Below are positions 36,433-40,000 of a stretch of 40,000 nucleotides of DNA, one piece after another. Under the pieces are notes generated by a model that had not been told where the DNA came from, made no database searches, and saw only the letters and a program-made list of their open reading frames with translations. Source of the stretch: Clostridiales bacterium UBA1738 (lineage in GTDB: Bacteria; Bacillota; Clostridia; UBA1381); assembly GCA_002315735.1 (NCBI GenBank), contig DCIA01000004.1, positions 44,362 to 84,361 on the forward strand. Reading direction: 5' to 3'. The position numbers were made by a program, and so were the translations under genes. How positions within the stretch are numbered: position 1 is the stretch's first letter; every line of letters begins with the position of its first letter.

Positions 36433-36981
36433 CTATAATAATGGTAGAGGATGAACAAATACGATATCATCACGAATTGCAGCATCTCCCTCTGCAAAAA
36501 CAAATGCTTTTCCGTAAACATTCGCACCGACTTGATTTAAAATATTTTCAATAGCCGTAAGTGAAGAACCTGTTGAAACAACATCATCAACAATTAGAAC
36601 ATTTTTGCCTTTTAGTTTTGAGATTTGCCCGTTATCCAAGTGTAAATAATGTGGATTTTTTGTTGTGTATGTATCAACCATAGCCTTTGTTACATTTGGG
36701 TGATATATCTTTTGTTCTTTTCTTAAAATTGACATTTCAACACCTAAATATTCTGCAATTTGATATGCCAAAATAACACCTTTTGTTTCTGCCGATAATA
36801 CTGCATCAACCTTTGATAAATCAATATTTGATTTTTTTAGTGTTTCAAATAATTCTATACTTGCATCCTTTGCCAAATTTGAAGAAGAAAGCATATCGAA
36901 AACTGCGATTGAAAGACCCGGTTTGATTTCAACAATCGGTAGTCCGTATTCCTTTCCGTTTAATATTACCTTATGTTCCAT
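36433..36981 (-). CDS. Phosphoribosyltransferase family protein (purine PRT-like)
   Basis: PRPP-binding motif VLIVDDVVSTGSSL. Substrate not assignable. Confidence 0.7.
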   Translation of the reverse strand: MEHKVILNGKEYGLPIVEIKPGLSIAVFDMLSSSNLAKDASIELFETLKKSNIDLSKVDAVLSAETKGVILAYQIAEYLGVEMSILRKEQKIYHPNVTKAMVDTYTTKNPHYLHLDNGQISKLKGKNVLIVDDVVSTGSSLTAIENILNQVGANVYGKAFVFAEGDAAIRDDIVFVHPLPLL

Positions 36982-37058
36982 AAAATCATCTCCGAAATTT
37001 AATTATTACTTATGAATTATATCACATTAAATACATAATTACAACCTTTTTTTTACTA

Positions 37059-37087
37059 TTGACTATTTATTTCTAATGTGTTAAAAT
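37059..37087 (+). promoter_or_regulatory. Sigma-A type promoter of gdpP-rplI
   Basis: TTGACT (37059-37064), 17-nt spacer ending in TGTGT, TAAAAT (37082-37087). Confidence 0.5.
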
Positions 37088-37147
37088 GATAAAATAAGTA
37101 TATTATTGTTGAATTGGTAATAATTGTCTTAACTTAGAGGAGAAATT

Positions 37148-39151
37148 ATGATTAATCGTAAAGAAAATACTGCTCAATTTTGGGGTTTGATTCTATCCGA
37201 TTTTCTTTTAATCGGTGCGGGAATATTAAAGTTTTTTGATAAAGATTATTTTACTTTTATAATTTTCATTTTAACAGCTTTAATTTTGACTTGTTTTTCA
37301 GTTGTTTTTACATTGAAGAATAAGAGCGAATTTTCACATTATATCAAGATGATTACCGATACTCGTGAAGGTATGTCGGGGGACGCTATAAGCAAATTTC
37401 CATTACCTATGGCAATTTTGCAAATAGACGGAAAAATTGCATGGTTTAACGATTTATTTTCTGAGATGTTATCTTCTTCTGACCTTTATGGCGTTGTTAT
37501 TAGTGATATTATGCCTGAACTTCGTTGGTCCGAAATCTTAAAATCAAAAGGAAGTATTTCAACCTACGGAACTTATAAAGGCAAAAAGTATAATGTCGTA
37601 GGCGATATTATAGAAAACGAAAATTCAACCTCAGATAAGCCAAACTATACGGTTTTATTATATTTTATTGATAAAACCGAAATTGAATCGTTAACAAAAA
37701 AATATGAAAACGAAAAAATTGATGTTGCCATAATTAACATTGATAACTATGACGAAATTTTTCAAAAAATGGAAGATGTCGAGGCTCAGCAAACTATGGC
37801 TAGCATAAACAAATATTTAATTGCTTGGGTTTCGGAAAGTTCAGGCGTTTTAAAAAAGACTGAAAGAGATAGATATCTTGTTCTTTTTGAACATCAATAT
37901 TTAAAAAACTATATTCAAAAGAAGTTTGATATTTTAGAAAATGTAAGAAAAGTCGGCGATAAATTAAAACTTCCAATTACTATCAGTATCGGTATCGGTG
38001 TTGGAGGCTCAATATCTGAAAATAACATAAATGCTCGTGCAGCAATTGATATGGCTCTTGGTCGTGGCGGTGACCAAACAGCCATTAAAGATATGTCACA
38101 ATACAATTTTTATGGTGGAATTGCAAAGGATTATGAAAAAAGCACAAGAGTTAAAACAAGAGCTTTTTCCGTTGCCTTTAAAGAGTTTATCCAAAATTCT
38201 GATAATGTAATATTTATGGCACATCAAAACCTTGATTATGATGCTTTTGGCGCTGCAATCGGTCTTCAAAGAGCAGTTAGACTTTTAAATAAGACACCAT
38301 ACATTGTAGTTGATAACTCCCCTGCTATTTCCAATCTTTATGATGAGGCTGAAAAAATCGAAGAATACAAAAACTTATTTGTGACTACTGAAAATGCAGA
38401 AGATGTTATAACCGAAAATTCATTGCTTGTAATTTTGGATACGCATAGGCCTTCACTGCTTCCAAATGAGAACTTACTTTCTAAAACAAATAACATTGTT
38501 CTTATTGACCATCACAGACGAAGCACCGATTTTATAAGCAATACTGCACTTGTTTACCACGAACCATATGCTTCATCTACTTGCGAAATTGCGACAGAAA
38601 TTTTGCAGTATATTGACACTGACAAAAAATTCCTACCATTTGAAGCAAAGGCATTATATGCAGGCATTTTGATGGATACAAAGAATTTTAGCATAAAAAC
38701 CGGTGTCAGAACTTTTGAATCTGCTTCATATTTGAGGCGCTATGGACTTAATACTACAGAAGTCAGACGACTCTTTAATTCGGACAAAGATGATTACATT
38801 CACCGTTCTGAAATTATTAAAAATTCAGAAGTTATTGCAGACAAAATGCTTGTTTCTGCTTGTAAAACCACCTACCCAAATATGCGTGTAATATCTTCTC
38901 AAGCAGCTGACGAAATGCTTAATCTATCAGGTATTACTGCGGCATTTGTTTTGTATCCAAGTGAAAATGAAATTTGTCTTTCAGCACGCTCTTTGGGTGA
39001 CATAAATGTTCAATTAATTGCCGAAAAACTTGGTGGTGGTGGTCACGCAACCATTGCAGGCGCACAATTTAAATCGAAAAACATCGACGAGGTTTTAACT
39101 TTGTTAAAAGATAGTATAAATGAATATATTAAAGACAGTGGAAAGGATTGA
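37148..39151 (+). CDS. gdpP: GdpP/YybT-type DHH-DHHA1 phosphodiesterase (c-di-AMP phosphodiesterase)
   Basis: Two N-terminal TM helices, a PAS-like region, a degenerate GGDEF region, then DHH (LIDHHRR) and DHHA1 (GGGGHATIAG). Conserved gdpP-rplI-dnaB order. Confidence 0.88.
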   Translation: MINRKENTAQFWGLILSDFLLIGAGILKFFDKDYFTFIIFILTALILTCFSVVFTLKNKSEFSHYIKMITDTREGMSGDAISKFPLPMAILQIDGKIAWFNDLFSEMLSSSDLYGVVISDIMPELRWSEILKSKGSISTYGTYKGKKYNVVGDIIENENSTSDKPNYTVLLYFIDKTEIESLTKKYENEKIDVAIINIDNYDEIFQKMEDVEAQQTMASINKYLIAWVSESSGVLKKTERDRYLVLFEHQYLKNYIQKKFDILENVRKVGDKLKLPITISIGIGVGGSISENNINARAAIDMALGRGGDQTAIKDMSQYNFYGGIAKDYEKSTRVKTRAFSVAFKEFIQNSDNVIFMAHQNLDYDAFGAAIGLQRAVRLLNKTPYIVVDNSPAISNLYDEAEKIEEYKNLFVTTENAEDVITENSLLVILDTHRPSLLPNENLLSKTNNIVLIDHHRRSTDFISNTALVYHEPYASSTCEIATEILQYIDTDKKFLPFEAKALYAGILMDTKNFSIKTGVRTFESASYLRRYGLNTTEVRRLFNSDKDDYIHRSEIIKNSEVIADKMLVSACKTTYPNMRVISSQAADEMLNLSGITAAFVLYPSENEICLSARSLGDINVQLIAEKLGGGGHATIAGAQFKSKNIDEVLTLLKDSINEYIKDSGKD

Positions 39152-39155
39152 TATT

Positions 39156-39602
39156 ATGAAAGTTATTTTAAATCAAGATGTAAAAGGACAAGGTAAAAAA
39201 GGACAACTTGTTGAAGTTTCTGATGGATTTGCGAGAAACTACTTATTACCAAGAAAGTTGGCTGTTGAGGCTAATAATTCAAATATTAATATATTAAATG
39301 GAAAGAATGATTCCGAAGCACATCGTAAACAAGTTGCACTAGATGAGGCAACAGCTCAAAAAGAGAAAATGGAGCAAATCGAAGTAAAACTTACTGCAAA
39401 AGCAGGCGAAAACGGTAAACTTTTCGGCTCTATAACATCAAAAGATGTTGCAGATGCATTAACTAATCAACATCACATAAAGCTTGATAAAAAGAAATTT
39501 GTTATGCCTGACGGCATCAAAGTTTTGGGTACAACAGTAGTTGAAGTCAAAATTCACCCAGGTGTTATCGGAAAACTAAAAGTAGTAGTAACTGAACAAT
39601 AA
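39156..39602 (+). CDS. rplI: 50S ribosomal protein L9
   Basis: MKVILNQDVKGQGKKGQLVEVSDGFARNYLLPRKLA. Start at 39156 (GGAAAGGA upstream), not the track start at 39120. Confidence 0.95.
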   Translation: MKVILNQDVKGQGKKGQLVEVSDGFARNYLLPRKLAVEANNSNINILNGKNDSEAHRKQVALDEATAQKEKMEQIEVKLTAKAGENGKLFGSITSKDVADALTNQHHIKLDKKKFVMPDGIKVLGTTVVEVKIHPGVIGKLKVVVTEQ

Positions 39603-39632
39603 TATTTGATTTTTTACAAAAGGAAAATAATT

Positions 39633-40000
39633 ATGGCAAACTCAAATAACATTCACGATTTGGAGCTTCCTAACAGTTTGGAGGCCGAAAAAGCTGTAAT
39701 CGGTTGTATTCTTCAAGACAAGACATCTCTTGCTTCTGCGCTTGAGATTCTTTCCTATACCGATTTTTATTATGATGCAAATCGAGAAATTTTTAAAATT
39801 GCCGTTGAACTTTTTAACGAGAATGTTCCTGTTGATATTGTCACAATTAGCGACAGATTAACAAGACATGATAAACTTGATGCGGTTGGTGGTATCACCT
39901 ATTTAGCTTCTATTGCTCAGAGCATTTCCACAACCGAAAATTTGATTTATTATGCGAATATTATTCAAGAAAAATCTGTTCTTCGCAAACTTTCAGATGC
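39633..40000 (+). CDS. dnaB: Replicative DNA helicase DnaB (DnaC in Bacillus nomenclature); N-terminal part, continues beyond the window
   Basis: Not in the track because it runs off the edge. MANSNNIHDLELPNSLEAEKAVIGCILQD…ANREIFKIAVELF…GGITYLASI is the DnaB N-terminal domain. AAGGAAA upstream. Confidence 0.93.
   Translation, partial: MANSNNIHDLELPNSLEAEKAVIGCILQDKTSLASALEILSYTDFYYDANREIFKIAVELFNENVPVDIVTISDRLTRHDKLDAVGGITYLASIAQSISTTENLIYYANIIQEKSVLRKLSD

Noticed and set aside
37148-39151. Large TM-PAS-GGDEF-DHH protein as a novel signalling system
   Set aside because: The domain order and the gdpP-rplI-dnaB context match the well-known GdpP/YybT c-di-AMP phosphodiesterase.
1-40000. CRISPR arrays, IS elements, toxin-antitoxin or known defence-system gene sets
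   Set aside because: I saw no regularly spaced short repeats, no transposase-like ORFs and no inverted terminal repeat pairs. I recognised no nuclease/helicase/methylase clusters beyond the housekeeping recG, rsmD and tlyA.

Overview
This is an AT-rich chromosomal segment from an endospore-forming Firmicute that looks Clostridia-like. That call rests on a spoIIAA-spoIIAB-sigF operon, a spoVM-like peptide, DapL-type lysine biosynthesis and [FeFe]-hydrogenase maturase genes. Most of the window is ordinary, intact housekeeping DNA: valS-folC, dxs-tlyA-ispE, cysK, rpiB, tsaB-tsaE, coaD-rsmD-recG, yloV/yloU-like genes, mtnN, gdpP-rplI-dnaB. It also holds two tRNAs, a lysine riboswitch in front of an NhaC-family transporter, and a small glycan-degradation gene set next to tRNA-Leu. 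I found no CRISPR array, transposase, prophage or recognisable defence or toxin system, and I cannot support a claim of a new multi-gene system. The most unusual stretch is 17.9-24.3 kb, where six gene-inactivating lesions are packed together. Two are +1 homopolymer frameshifts (an Rrf2 regulator and mnmA). Four are sharp deletion junctions that leave fused fragments (metY; pyrG'/'dapF; hydF'/'pyrG; hydE'/'hydG). These lesions place dapL collinear with the hyd-operon promoter and leader; I noticed no strong terminator hairpin between them but did not scan exhaustively. Whether this is real local genome decay or an assembly or consensus artefact cannot be decided from the sequence alone. Other points worth a second look are an unclassified terminator-containing leader upstream of the TM1266-like hyd regulator, a 450-bp non-coding region with an imperfect direct repeat, and two unlisted small ORFs (a spoVM-like 23-aa peptide and a 50-aa membrane peptide). 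All family assignments come from reading the translated ORFs for motifs, not from database searches.
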